A DNA stretch of 64,000 nucleotides, taken from contig CM030338.1 in the NCBI GenBank assembly GCA_017654855.1, forward strand, positions 2,666,001-2,730,000, in the 5' to 3' direction. Every line of letters starts with the position of its first letter. Position 1 is the stretch's first letter. The notes below the pieces were generated by a model that searched no databases, had not been told where the DNA came from, and saw only the letters and a list, made by a program, of their open reading frames with translations. This stretch comes from Podospora anserina (lineage: Eukaryota). Position numbers and translations under genes: made by a program. Positions 13,543 through 25,799 of this stretch are shown here, one piece after another.

Positions 13543-14602
13543 TCAATTTGCTGATTATTGTTTGTAGGCTGTTTCAGTGGGTTGTAGATGGGTGGATAGC
13601 ATTGGGAGATGGGGTCGGGATGAGGTAGAGGGTTTATATATGAGAAAGGTGAGGGTGTACAAAAGGCTGTTTGGGGTAGTTTTGGACATTGTGAGGTGGG
13701 TGGAAAGTTTTTGGACATCGTGTATAAGTGGACGGGTTAGAGTTATCGATGTATTTGAAGTTTGTCTTGTCTCGATATTGCTGTCTGGGCTTTTGAGTAA
13801 AAGGAAATGGATTACAATGATCTCTGCATCGACATGACAAAAGCGGCATTGGTATCTGTTTTCTATATCGCTGTTCCGAAAAAGAATACTGTTGAAGACT
13901 GGGTGGTTACGTATCCAGAAGCGAAGCTGCTATTCAGATTGCATTATTGTTTTCAGAAGTGATCTGTGTATCACTTCTCAACCTCAAGCCAAACTCGCAT
14001 TCAGGTATTTACAAAGCGGTTTGCTGATATGCAGGCATGGTTGTCATTCTCGTCAAGATTTCTGCATCATTTCGGGTCACTTGAGGCTCTCCATGTCATC
14101 ATCTCCGGTGGCCCAAAACGTGAAGAGTCGATTCAAACTTTTCTGCCTCCCCCGTGCCTCTGTCCCCATGTGGCGCTTTTAACTTGAGCAGGTTCACCCG
14201 ATAGATGAGTCTTTCCTGCTCACTTATGTCATTTGCGTCATCTGACTTGGTCATATTTTCGCTATTCTAACCAGCCTTTCTCTTCTTTTCCGTGGGATGA
14301 TCTTTCTATCATCACCATCACCACTAGGTCAGCTGTTCTGTTCACCTTCCCCAAGTCAGTCTTATCCAAGCTTTCGCATTGAAGACTTGGAATTGCGTTC
14401 TTCTTCTATTCTCTGTTACGCTCTTTCTCCTCATCATCTAATCGACCAACGCTGACTTCTCCAAAGACAATGGAGACTACCCTCTCCTGTTTTCGCCAAC
14501 CTGGCGACGGGGCCACGCACGGGAACGATCGAGTTAGGCAAAGCTCCATGGGCACACTCGTTGATAATTCCGTTCCGTCAAGCTCCAAGAGCGTATGCCC
14601 CG

Positions 14603-15279
14603 ATGATTCAGCCATACAAAAGTTCAAGGTCACATCCTCTCATCATCCTGTCGTACAAAAGCCCCAAGGCCACCTGTCCCAACAATTCCGCCGTGGAGAG
14701 CCCCGAGGTTACGGCACCTCCACCATACGAAGGACCTGAGGACAAGTTCCCCAACACCCCAATCACTCAATGCAAGCGCTGCAAACGTCTCTTCGAGCCT
14801 GGAGCTTTTGAGGATGGTATAGGATCACCGTACTGCGACTGGTACCACACAGGTAAGTAAGGCATGCCATGATAAGCCATCAGTTCCCATCTGACATGGC
14901 TCAACAACTAGGGAATTGCGTGTCGTTACGTGAATTCATCGACGAGGGTGGGGCTGATGTTGACACGAGCAACCACCATAGAGGTGAACTGGATCACAAG
15001 AATGTGTGGCCATGCTGTCTACAAGAGAAATCGATATCTGAGGGCCCTTTTGTAAGCAGAGCCACCCAGGATTGGAGGGGGCTAGACAAGGGGAAGCTTG
15101 GTTGTGTGGAGTACAAGGGGAAGCATACTGCGGTGAGGGTCCCCTCTGAGGGGGTGTATCACAGGGCATTGGTTTGGCAGAGAAGAGATAGCAGGGCCTG
15201 TATGGTCTTGAATATGGCATGGAGCTACCGGGGCCGCCATGTACAAATTTATCTGGATTGCGGGTTCAAATCTACATAA
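14603..15279 (+). CDS. Small Cys/His-rich putative zinc-binding protein; intron 14853-14911; start uncertain (14603, or 14470 with another intron)
   Basis: GTAAGT..CTGAC..TAG splice gives CKRCKRLF...YCDWYHTG...VWPCC...LGC...KH. Supported by an adjacent paralogue with the same intron position. Confidence 0.65.
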
Positions 15280-15543
15280 ACTGTTTCCCAGCATGATCTC
15301 TCGGTGACCACGAATATATCCATAGAGGTTCCGATACAATCCGCACCTAGATACCTTGGTGCCTTACCTAGGTAGGTAGCCAGAATCGCACCGCACCACC
15401 TTCCTTCCTTCCCTGCTTGCGACTATACCGCCTTGCTTCAGGTCCTATTGCTTCCTCAATTTTCAAACTAGAACAACAAATACCTCTTCCCCCTCATTTC
15501 TCTCTTTCACTCTCGCAACAACTACACTCAAACCATCGACAAG

Positions 15544-16058
15544 ATGAGCGACAGAACCACCCAAATCCGTCGATGGAAAGTTGATTGTGAAATCAAAAGA
15601 CGAAGCCGACACCAAGATCACCGCACCTCCCTCTCCCCACAAGGCTGCGAACAACAACACCGAGGTCAAAAAGGGCGCGACCCGTCACTGAAAACGTTGC
15701 AGGAGACTGTTCGAAGTCGGTGGCGGCGGTCGAGAGAATGGCGGAGCATCGCCTTGTTGCGACCGGCACCATCCAGGCATGTCAGGTTGCCGTTAGTAAG
15801 TTAGTAAAGCTCGACTGACAACCAAAACCAACAGGAAAGCTCAGGGTTCTCCACGAGCTCCTCAAAGATCGGGGAACTGACCTTGACATGACGCCTTACA
15901 ACCCGCGGGACCTCGAGAAGAAGGTGTGGGACTGTTGCTTGAACGTCAAGTCGTCGAAAGAGAAACCTTTTGTCTCGAAACGGACGCAGGAGGTTTTTGA
16001 ATCGGACAACGGGAGACTTGGATGTAGGCGATTCATGCGAAAGCATTTTGCGGTTTAA
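15544..16058 (+). pseudogene. Degraded tandem paralogue of the 14603-15279 gene
   Basis: Translates ITAPP...RH*KRCRRLFE...SPCCDRHHPG | KLRVLHE...KKVWDCCLNVKSSKEKPFVSKRTQE...GRLGC...KHFAV*. Lesions: frameshift right after ATG 15544, TGA 15689-15691 at the first Cys, and a GC donor (GCATGT). Confidence 0.75.
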
Positions 16059-16468
16059 GACACAAGGGTGTCTATCAGGGGGAAATGGATTAGTGTAGAA
16101 GGGAGGAGGAATATCAAGCAGCCTTGAAGCTGGCATGAGGCTATAATCGAAATTGCCCACTTACCAGGAGGAAACACGATTTGAGTTTATAATATCTTGC
16201 TCGTCCAGGCGTGATACATTGTGCAGATACATATTCCACCATTCGTCATGCTCATGTAGCTTCATCTCGGTGACCAGTATCTCCACGATCTTACATCCCG
16301 AGCGTGAGGGCTTCCTCTGAGCACCCCGATAGCCCTTTCAACAGTTTCAACTCAGATAGACATCTTCTCATTTCGGCAGCAGAAAGTGCCCCTGCCCCTA
16401 AAACTCGTCCTACAATAGTCCACATTTTAAAAGAAATCCTCACAGTTAACCCACCACCACAAAACCTC

Positions 16469-19400
16469 TCACCGATACGCCAACTCCTCATTCGCCCTGA
16501 AATTACACCTGCACTTACACTCGGGAACCGGACACTCCCTATGCCTAGCAAACCACTTCCTCGCGTGGTCCAAATGCAGGACGTGCAGGCACTGCAGACA
16601 AAAAGTGGGAAATCTCGCCGCTAGTTTCATCTCTTGATCCTCTCCGCCTCTTACTCCTATCCTGCCACCGCCGCCGCCAATTCCCCCCGTCCCTGTGTTA
16701 TGATGCCAATGCCGGGCCTGGTCACTCCTCGGCAGCCCCACAACTTCCAAACAGACCACGCAGCGAGGTAAATGGCGTCTGCAGGTGGGACAAGAAATTC
16801 CACTGGAGATCATCTTGTCTGTGAACGGATTGTTGCTCCCGCCTTTGGAGGCCTTGGAGGTGTTGCCTGCTGGGATGATGGATATCGTGGCTGGGGATGG
16901 GTGGGTTGATGCAGCGCTTGACGCAGAAGGGGCTAACAGCATAAAATTGGGGGTGGTGCCCTCGTGACTAGGAGGGTGGTTCTGCTGGGCCGACATTGAC
17001 GTTTCCGCGTCACAATACACGCAGCGAAGAGCGATTTGACGGCCGGGGGGTTTCACTGTCGGTCGGCCGAGGTGTTTGCTCCGTTTGGTGGACTCGACGT
17101 CAAATTTCGCGCGGAGGTAAAACGCGTGGTGACGTTGGAGGTAGCGGCGGTAGGCTTCCCTGAATGCGGTTGCGCGAACGTCGTCGATGAAGCGGGGGGA
17201 GCAGATCGAGAGCAAAAGTGAGGCGGTTTGGAAGTCGTTGAACTTGTGGACATAGCTGCAGAGGATGTCGACTAAAGAGTCTGTGATGCCTGTAAGGACT
17301 ATCCCTTCGATGTCGCCAAAGGAGATTGCTTTGTTGACTTGGGCTTGGAGCCAGTAGTCCAAGTGGTCGTCGTCAAAGGTTCGCAAGGCGATGAAGATGC
17401 GGTCGCGGAGAGGGAGGGAGGGTTGGTCGGCGATTGAAGCCCAGTCGCCGGTTGCGATGATGGAGGAAATGGCGCGGAGATAGGGGTCGGTTTTGGAGGC
17501 GACGCGGGCGTCAAAGTCGAGGGTTTCGACCTTGTCTTTGCTTATTAGTTGGAGGGCGAGGGATACAAACAAGAGTTCGGGGTGCTCGTTGCTGGCTTTT
17601 TTGAGAACTTGGACGGCGCCTTTGATGTCACCTCGGAAGAGAGTGTTGGCGGCGACCATGGTGTACCAGGCTGAGTCTTTCTTGAGCGTCCTGTCAGACA
17701 TGGCCTCTTCATACTCAGACTCATAGGATCGACCGTAGCTGCACATTTCCAAACACATCTCTCGGTGGTGAGGCCTCGACGTCGGCGCCGGGCCGTCATA
17801 TTTGGGAATGCCGAGCTTTTTGTTGATCGCGTTGAGGCAGCGTTCCCACCCGGCCTCGTCTGGTGGTGGCTCGCCGTCGGAAAGTCTCATATGCGGTCGG
17901 CTTCCGAGATCGTTTGACCATATTGTGTAGACGCCCAGGTATCCAATATCAAGAGGGTGCGACATCATCCCCCCATCAGATGCCGCCTCCTGAGCGCCAG
18001 AAACCCACGCCCACACATCCCTCAACCAGACATCATCCGACACAATCTCCCTGTTTTTCTCATAGTTGAATAAGTACCCCTCCTTGGCTCTCAGAAGCAT
18101 AATGTGATCCAGCACATTTCTTGCTGTGGGCGAGTTGCGGGCCAAGTTCATAGTCTCCATGAGGAGTTTCTCATGGCGGTGGCGTTGTGAAGGCGGCTCG
18201 GCTTGAGTGCCTACCTCTGTGTCTTTGACCATTGATCTCAGCGCCTTCAGCTGTTCTGCAACAGTAGTTGCGTTATGAAATGCTGCTGGAAGCTCGGCAT
18301 CCCCAGAGACTTGAACAGCGAGGACTGCTTCGGGTGGTGTAGCAAACGTCTGCTCTACCACAGCAGCCACGTCAACTTTGTTGGAGCCAAAGACAGGCTT
18401 GTCGAGGAGAGCGGTCTCGGTTAGCAATGGCCCGAGCATGGCATGTGAATGAGATGGTTCAAACTCCATAAGGTCTTGATAGGGTGTGTTTTCTGCCACA
18501 TGTCAGTTATCCATAAAGTGAGTGAGATGGAGACAAATTACCTTCAAATCCTCGATGTGGCGGTTGCCATGGGACCATTTTGTATGGGTATTCAGACGTA
18601 AAAGATGGCTTTTCGACCACATCCAATGCTCCGTTGGCCCTAAGGACCAGTATGCGCGGTTGTAGAACCGGGGAACTCATCGTGATCCAGTCAAAAGACA
18701 CAACTTTGTCATTCTTGCGAGCTAGGTCGGCGTAGAGAGGCTCGAGTTCGCGCGACCGTGCAACCTCGAGCAACTCTGGGCTTCCTTCCACAACCAACTC
18801 TGGCTCGAGATGCTCGCGCCTTGTGTGCAGAACCTTGAGTTGGCCTGTCCGTGACAACATTGCCAGCAAACCAGGTTGGTCACGGCAGAAACGAAGGGCC
18901 CGGATAAATGAATTTTTATTGTCCGTCAGTGATGAATCTGCCTCCTCGTCAACGGCATGGTCCAAACGTAAAGCGCCTCCCGGCGGTAGGCTGTCGGACT
19001 GCACAGCTTTGGCATATACTGGATTGACATGATGCTGATCAATGTAGCGTCGGTCCCAGACCATCACACCAGGCTTATCCAAGGCGGAGGAGGCAAAATA
19101 ATGTGGGTCGGCATAGTCGATGGCGAGGTTGTTACAGCACCCTGTTCGGAACGTAATTGCCGCGTTATGATGGTCTCTGAGGTCGTGCAATCTCAATCCA
19201 GTCCCCTTGATGCCCGCGACCAGAAGATTGGGGTCGTCCTCAAAGAACTTGACACTCGAAACGGACACACTTGGTTCGAGCCGGTCGGTAGGGTCTGAAG
19301 GGGCACTGATGTTGGTGGGGAAACCCCTCACGGAGGAGTCGATCCCGGACAGTCGGTTGACGTCCCAAATGTAGAGGCAGTTGTCATTTCTCACTCTTTC

Positions 19401-19754
19401 CAGAGCTACTGCTAGCTTCCCCATCGTGTTGAAGGCCACAGCGTGACATGTGCGTGACATTTTGAGTCCCAGCTCAAGATAGGCGTTGGAGTTGTCGTCT
19501 ACTCGCAAGAGGTTGACCACGCCCGTTGATGTTCCCACTGCCACCAGACCAGGCATTGAGGGTGACCAGTCATAAGTGGTAAGTGGTGGGATGTCAGCGT
19601 GTTTGGCGACTTTCCGATACTCGAATCGTCCGCGCTGGGCATGTCCTGTCGGCTCATACAACTGGACCATGCGGTGTTGGAGGTTGATGTGTATGAATGA
19701 GCTATGGGAGGCATTGGGTGACCATTTGATCAGCCCTGGCTCGGTCCGATCCAT
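16469..19754 (-). CDS. SEA4: SEACAT/GATOR2 subunit Sea4/MIOS (WD40 + solenoid + C-terminal zinc fingers); exons 19754-18542, 18492-16469
   Basis: N-terminal WD40 repeats; GDIEGIVLTGIT; RAKFDV; C-terminal CPTCRRHLPRCVVC and FCLQCLHVLHLDHARKWFARHRECPVPECKCRC, typical of MIOS/Sea4. A 49-nt GTAATT..CAG intron joins the two ORFs in frame. Confidence 0.9.
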
Positions 19755-20205
19755 GATGGCAGTTGCGCGGTCTGGCTGAGGTGAAGACGATGTGATGAGA
19801 TTTAACAGCTCCGCTACCTCGTCAGTCGGGGTACTCTGTGTGTGGTTGAGCAGTGTGTCGTGTGTTCATCTGCTGAGACCTGGTTTCATCATCAAAGAAG
19901 GAAGGTTCATCCAAGGTATGAGACTCGTAGGAATTAGTAACTCTTGTCAAACATAAAAGAGCGAATTGGTCATTTTTTTCGAAGCTGGATCAAGGTGTTG
20001 TTGAGAGCTTCCCTTCACATGGCTGATGAGATGAGGTTATAGCTTCAATAACCCTAACCCCTGTCCTAACAGTGACTTGGCGGGGCAGCTGCAGTTGTCT
20101 GAGCTCCACCTTTTTTTTGGCCTTCTCTTTATCGACAAGCAAGTTATCGCATCTCGTCAAGCAACTTTGAGACCTTACACAGCAACACCAACAACTACGT
20201 TCACA

Positions 20206-20992
20206 ATGGGAGTCAAACGATCTCGATCCGAGGCCCAGGCCGTGGGTGACGACAGCATGCACCCTTCCAGAAAACGAGCGAGAGACGAGCGATCGCATAA
20301 GACCAAGCCGCGCAAAGCCGTCGACCTTGAGAACAACACTGCCATCAAGAAGCGCGCTCGCGCCATCGAGAGACTGCTGGCGCATGACCCCGAGAAGCTT
20401 CCTGCTCACAAGAAGAGGGAACTGGAGAGAGAATTGGCCGCTCACAAGCGCCGCATTGCCGATGCCCAATACAAGAAGATCAGATCCAAGATGATTTCAA
20501 AGTACCACATGGTTCGCTTCTTTGGTAGGCTATTTTCTCTGTCTATTGTGTACTTCAACATACTAATCGACTATTGCAGAACGGAAAAAGGCCGTCAGGA
20601 TTGCAAAGCAACTCGAGAAGAAGCTGGCGCAAGCGACGAATGACGACGAGATTGCCAAGCTCAGAGAAGATCTTCACAAGGCGCAGGTCGACATTGACTA
20701 CGCCATTTACTACCCTTTTATGGAGCCCTACATCAGTTTATATGCGAAGCCGGCGGAGGGAGAAGAGGAAAAGGCGGCTCAATATTTGCACACAGAGAGA
20801 CCACCCATGTGGGCCCTGATTGAGAAGACGAGAGAGGAGGGCAAGAAGGCACTGGAGAGGCTGCAAAATCGGAGACCAGCCGAGGATGCGGAGGATGAAG
20901 GGGCACAAGATGACGGCAAGAAGAACTCCAAGAAGTCCAAGGCCAAGAAGAAGGAGGAGGAAGAGGAAGATGGTGGCGGCTTCTTCGAGTAG
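20206..20992 (+). CDS. EFG1: rRNA-processing protein Efg1; exons 20206-20524, 20580-20992
   Basis: [29 protein letters not shown] after splicing; [12 protein letters not shown]; acidic C-terminus ending DGGGFFE. Confidence 0.92.
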
Positions 20993-21451
20993 GATCAAAA
21001 CGGGAGTGAGGGTGCAGGGGAGGTGCTGCCAAACACGATAATCCGGCAGAGACCCGGGCTTGATTATGATACCCATGACGGCGAATAGTTTTTCTGTAGA
21101 AACGGAGGCATCCAGCTCGTGCAGCTATGATTTGCCAACCAAAATGCGACTGGTGGAGGAGGCCTTGTTTGTCTTTTGGGCCGCTGCGCATTATCAAGTG
21201 AGGCCCACAGCGCACTTACAACCACATTCGCGCGGCAGACTCTGTGGCTTTTGTTTGACCTCCTCGCAATGATCATCGCCCGTTCCATTTCCTCGTTTTC
21301 TCGAAACTATTGCTGCCAACTTCGCCGGCTTCACATCCAATTGGGACTCTTGTCTTCGTTTGCACACGAGGTCTTACCCCGCCCCACTTTGACAGCCTCG
21401 AACACATATAGAAGCCCGAATCCCCCCAAAGCCGTCCGCCTCATCAGCATC

Positions 21452-22756
21452 ATGCCTCCCCCCAGAAAAGCGAAACGCAAACTGGGGCAGTTTGTCAATG
21501 ACACGATAGCTCAAGCTCAGGCATCTCCGAAAAAGCTCAGACAGAAACTCACTCGCAACCCTGTTGCGCCTATGAGCACCATGGCGACAGCAACGGTTTC
21601 TTCTTCGGCTGCAAACGACGACGGCATCGATTACCAGTCCTTGGCATTGTTTGTTGAGCAGCAGATGAAAGACCCGAAACCGATCACACCTCTCCAACGT
21701 AGGGCGCTGACTGATTTGACTTCTTCTCTCAAGGATGAAGAGCCTGATACTGGTGGTCATGACTGGATCAGCTTATTGCAGAGTATGTCCCCTTTTTCAT
21801 GCATCCCTTTCACTTCATGTCTTCACATCACTAACACCAACCCAGGATACATCGACGCCCACAAGGCCAGAACCGAAAATTCCATCATCTACAAAGACGA
21901 AGCCATATCCGCAGCTCCAAGCACAAAATGGAACTGCATGCTAATCTTTTCCCGCTCCATCGGCTCTCAACCACTTGTTTTTCCCCAGCCAGAGAAGCTC
22001 GTCCAGAATGGCTTCGCCAAGAAGAAGGACGCGAAGAAGTACGCGGCGAAATGCTGCGTCGAATGGCTGATGGCAGAGCGGATGATGCCAAAGGATGGGA
22101 AAAGCGTGACGTTCCCCCATGCCTCGAATAAGATGATGGCTTCGACCAGCAAGATTTACAGCCCCTTGTCATCCCAACCGTCATCCCCCAACACACATGC
22201 TGCTGCTCAAGGGGGACATTCTTCCTCGGCAACGACAACACCCACCCAGTCATCCCCCTCTAAACTTCCTCCCCCGCCAAAGCCAACAGACTCGACCACC
22301 TCACTACTTGACCCCCCGGGCGGAGCCCCTCTTGACCCTCCACCGGATGATGAAGAGAATGATACTGCACCAGGGGAATCACCTTCTAAGAGAGTGGCTG
22401 CGCTGTGTGAGAAATTGGGGTTTCGACCGCCGAGGTATGTTTTGATTGCTAGAGCTGGTCAGGTTGCAGTATTCGATGGGCATGCCGACATGGGGCCTGA
22501 CAGTTGGATCATACCTGATGGGGTGGGGGAGAAGGGCTTTGGGAGGGTGGAGGGGGTGTATGGTAAGAAGTTTGCGAAGGATATGGTTGCGCAGAATATA
22601 CTGGGTATTTTGGAACAGGAGGAGAGGAGGAGAGGGGGTGAGGTGAGGGGTGTGCTGGGGGGGGATGAGTTGGCGGGGAAACTAATGGGGATGGGAAAGG
22701 GTGTGGTCAATGTTCGGGGAGGTCGATGCCGAGAAACTGACCATGATGAAAGTTGA
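21452..22756 (+). CDS. Protein with two dsRNA-binding-domain-like regions; probable in-frame intron 21783-21845
   Basis: DWISLLQRY...WNCML...FAKKKDAKKYAAKCCVEWL and SKRVAALCEKLGFRPPRY...GVYGKKFAKDMVAQNIL match the dsRBD alpha-beta-beta-beta-alpha layout with a KKxAK helix. Intron GTATGT..ACTAAC..CAG. Confidence 0.75.
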   Translation: MPPPRKAKRKLGQFVNDTIAQAQASPKKLRQKLTRNPVAPMSTMATATVSSSAANDDGIDYQSLALFVEQQMKDPKPITPLQRRALTDLTSSLKDEEPDTGGHDWISLLQSMSPFSCIPFTSCLHITNTNPGYIDAHKARTENSIIYKDEAISAAPSTKWNCMLIFSRSIGSQPLVFPQPEKLVQNGFAKKKDAKKYAAKCCVEWLMAERMMPKDGKSVTFPHASNKMMASTSKIYSPLSSQPSSPNTHAAAQGGHSSSATTTPTQSSPSKLPPPPKPTDSTTSLLDPPGGAPLDPPPDDEENDTAPGESPSKRVAALCEKLGFRPPRYVLIARAGQVAVFDGHADMGPDSWIIPDGVGEKGFGRVEGVYGKKFAKDMVAQNILGILEQEERRRGGEVRGVLGGDELAGKLMGMGKGVVNVRGGRCRETDHDES

Positions 22757-25700
22757 AGGGCAGAAAAGCATTCCATTCTGAGCGGTGAAAGGCTTCTATT
22801 TTCTCTTGCTTTCATGATGGGCTGGTTTTGGTGGGAGCTCGGCATGGTATCTGGTGTGATGAATCTTCTTCGGTTTAATGTATGATGGCCGACACGGTCA
22901 AATTTTCCACGATGCGTTGCAGCCAGCCTCACCATGTGAAATATAACTTTGTAACAACCCCCCTGTCCTGCTCGTTGACATCTCTTCTTGGCTTGTTGAC
23001 CTTGACCCCACGAGTAAACTGGGAAATAATAGCCTCTTACGATCAAGACTCACTTCATGATTCAAGGCAAGGTGATTATCATCAGTTGGTGAGGCATTGG
23101 CACAAGAGAAACGAAATAGCAATACATAGCCATGGCCTTATGCTCCCATACGTGAAATTGAACTTCACCGTTTCGACCATAATTGTTGTATCATTGATCA
23201 CAACGAGCTGTCTACAATGATTTCAGTCTGCAGCCCCGGACCAGAAGCTTAGTATTGAACTCCCTGCCACAATGTCAGTTTGTTAACTCGCTACACACCG
23301 TCATACTGTGACATTAGTTTGCCGAACAGCTACCGCCCTTCCAGCATCATGCCTACCTCCCCCTTTGGGCGCGCATGCCAAGGTGGTAATAACACACAGT
23401 TGAGCCCTTCCTTCCTTCCTTCCTTCCCAAACCAGATGTCGACGGCTCTTCCCCTTTGGATCGCTTATGTGGAGCCTCTCGCTGGTTGCGCCTACCATCA
23501 CCGGCCAAAGCCCCCATGAGTCGCTCCTGTCACTTGTACCGGGGGCCGTCAGTAGCCAGCTCATCACACGCCTGAGCCGAGCGTTCTCGCTTCTGCAACG
23601 AACCTGGAAGTTCTGCATCAAAGCCAGCAGACAGATGTCCAGATCAGCACCAGCTCTCACCGCACAGGAGCCCGAGTGTTAAGCTTTGCCTCTTGTTCCG
23701 GATGGCTATCTCATCCTGCAATCCATACTCTGTCAGTTGATAAACCCCAAGTCCCGGACTCGCCTACGAGAACAGGTTACCAAGGAATCTCCCACCTGCC
23801 GGCCAGCCCTCCAACGTCGCTAATTGGATTACAGTACCGTTGGGGATATCGACAGCTCCCAAGCCCATTCCCAATCCGAACACTCGTCACGCCATAAGTC
23901 TGCTGCCTTGTGGCAGGTACATACTGGTACATCATGACTCTGCAATCTCATGTAGCACCCTCGACAACACCCCCATGGCAGCACTAGCTGCCAGCACCCA
24001 CACGAACGAATCCCGTGGGGTGGTTAGCTGCGGGAGCACGAACACAAGAAGGACCCTTGGACGGCACGAACGGATAGACCCCTACCCCCCCTCAACAGTC
24101 CAAGCCCAATGAACCCCTCTTTTGAGAGGCGACATGTCCAACTTTGCTGTTCTTGGGAGCGTCGGTCACCGAACCTCAATGCTGCTCTGGGGTAACCTTG
24201 GGACGTGGCGAGAGCTCCAAAACCGCCAATGGAGCCCGCTGTTCATTCCCCCGGTTGGGTAAGCCCCTCTTCACTTGAGGAGGCCACCTGTCCATCATCA
24301 TGCTCAGGTAACTTCTCCATCTTCCACATCATAAGAGGAAGCTTACCATTAGACACTGTCTAGACTAGAGCTAATGAAGGAACCTCCTCGCCCCGGGACA
24401 AACCGCGAGCTCTGGTGGCACAGTCCCAAAGTTTCCTACCCCGAGAACCCAAGCCATCCTCTCCTTCTGCTGTCATTCTAACAGGCCCTGTCGTATGCAG
24501 AGAAGATGGATAGGGACCTGTCCCCTGTCCGGAGCAAAACGTTCGGGATATCAAGCCTCCATCGAGCCTTCCGTGAATCTCTTTTGCTTCTCCCGCAACC
24601 TCAGATTTCCAATGTTCGTTTCTCCACACATCTTGGCTTAATAATTCCCTGAGAATGTTCCGGTGGTCAGGACATATCTCGGAAACGAGAACTGCCGGGG
24701 AGTCTCCTCACCTTTCCATTCACAAACCTATCTCGAAAAAGAACGTCCTCCGCCGCTGTCGTCCGGGAAGAGTATCTTCCGTTCCTAGTCTAGCCACCAG
24801 AAACCCACAATTGATCCCCAGGTTTGTTGGACCTCGTGTGGTAGATTTTCCATCTCTTTTTCCCTACGAGGAAAGCACAAGCCTCGCGATCAGCATCGCC
24901 ATAGAGCTAAGCCACTGATCGATGCGTGCCACTTTTTTTATTTCTGTTGGGTTCGACATCCTATGATTTTGATTGGCCGGTTTCCCCACTTACACCCTCG
25001 TTTGGTTACTGACATAAGAGATTCTAGAACTTGGGTGTCATATCATATCATTCTTGGGGTTTTTGCCATCGCTTTCCCTTGTCCCCCAGTTTGTGTTGCT
25101 TCGTAATTGGGATGATTCACATGCGAGTTTGTCAGGTGTGGTGATCGTCGGTTTTTGACAGGAACATGTGAGTGAAGGCGTGGTGGATTGACAGCCGGGG
25201 TCGAGATGTGTGTTTTGGAAGAGGAGAAGTACCAGGACATTGCTCCATAGGTTTTGTTACAACGAGAATTGAGGCGAGAAGGGGGCAAGAGAAGATGAAC
25301 CAAGAACTGTTTTTATGGGATACTGGATAGACTCTTTGAAGAGAGTGATGCGAAAGATGGGATTTCTGGAAACAACCCCAACCCAACCCTTGATATGTAC
25401 ATGGGTGGGGACTTGATGGTAAATGCACTCAATTCGCTCAGATATCTTGCAAAGAACTTTGGGAGATTTGGCAAAAGCAAAAAACATATCGGACAGATAA
25501 AAAGAAAATGTGTAAATGTCAAGATGTTCAAACGCCCCAGAGCTGCCGCACAACCCCATCGTGTAGTTGGTAATGTACGCCCTGGAAAGTTTTTTTTGGT
25601 TCAAAGAAAAAAAAAAGAAAAGAATCCTCTCCCCCACCTCCTCCATATGCTGCCCCTAAGTAGGTAGATAGAAAAATCCATCACTCCCAAATATGCCTGA

Positions 25701-25799
25701 TGGTCCCCCTTTCCCTCCTCCCCAACCCCTTAAAAAAACCCCCTCGCTGTGCGTGTATATCAAGCAAAAAACAACCAGACAGGAGAAAAAGAAGAAAAA

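Noticed and set aside
13028-13718. Minus-strand short ORFs around a (GACGAG)n repeat with a possible intron
   Set aside because: Low complexity, no consistent spliced frame and no recognisable motif. An orphan gene cannot be excluded.
15689-15691. In-frame TGA aligned to Cys, as possible selenocysteine or A-to-I stop correction
   Set aside because: Ascomycetes lack the Sec machinery, editing would give Trp rather than Cys, and the gene also has a frameshift. Ordinary pseudogenisation explains it.
20049-20060. TAACCCTAACCC as a telomerase RNA template
   Set aside because: It lies in a 450-bp promoter between two genes, with no room for a kb-sized telomerase RNA.
22900-25000. Scattered short ORFs suggesting a decayed gene (similarly 27900-29300 and 30800-32000)
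   Set aside because: No recognisable family or exon chain by eye; needs TBLASTX.
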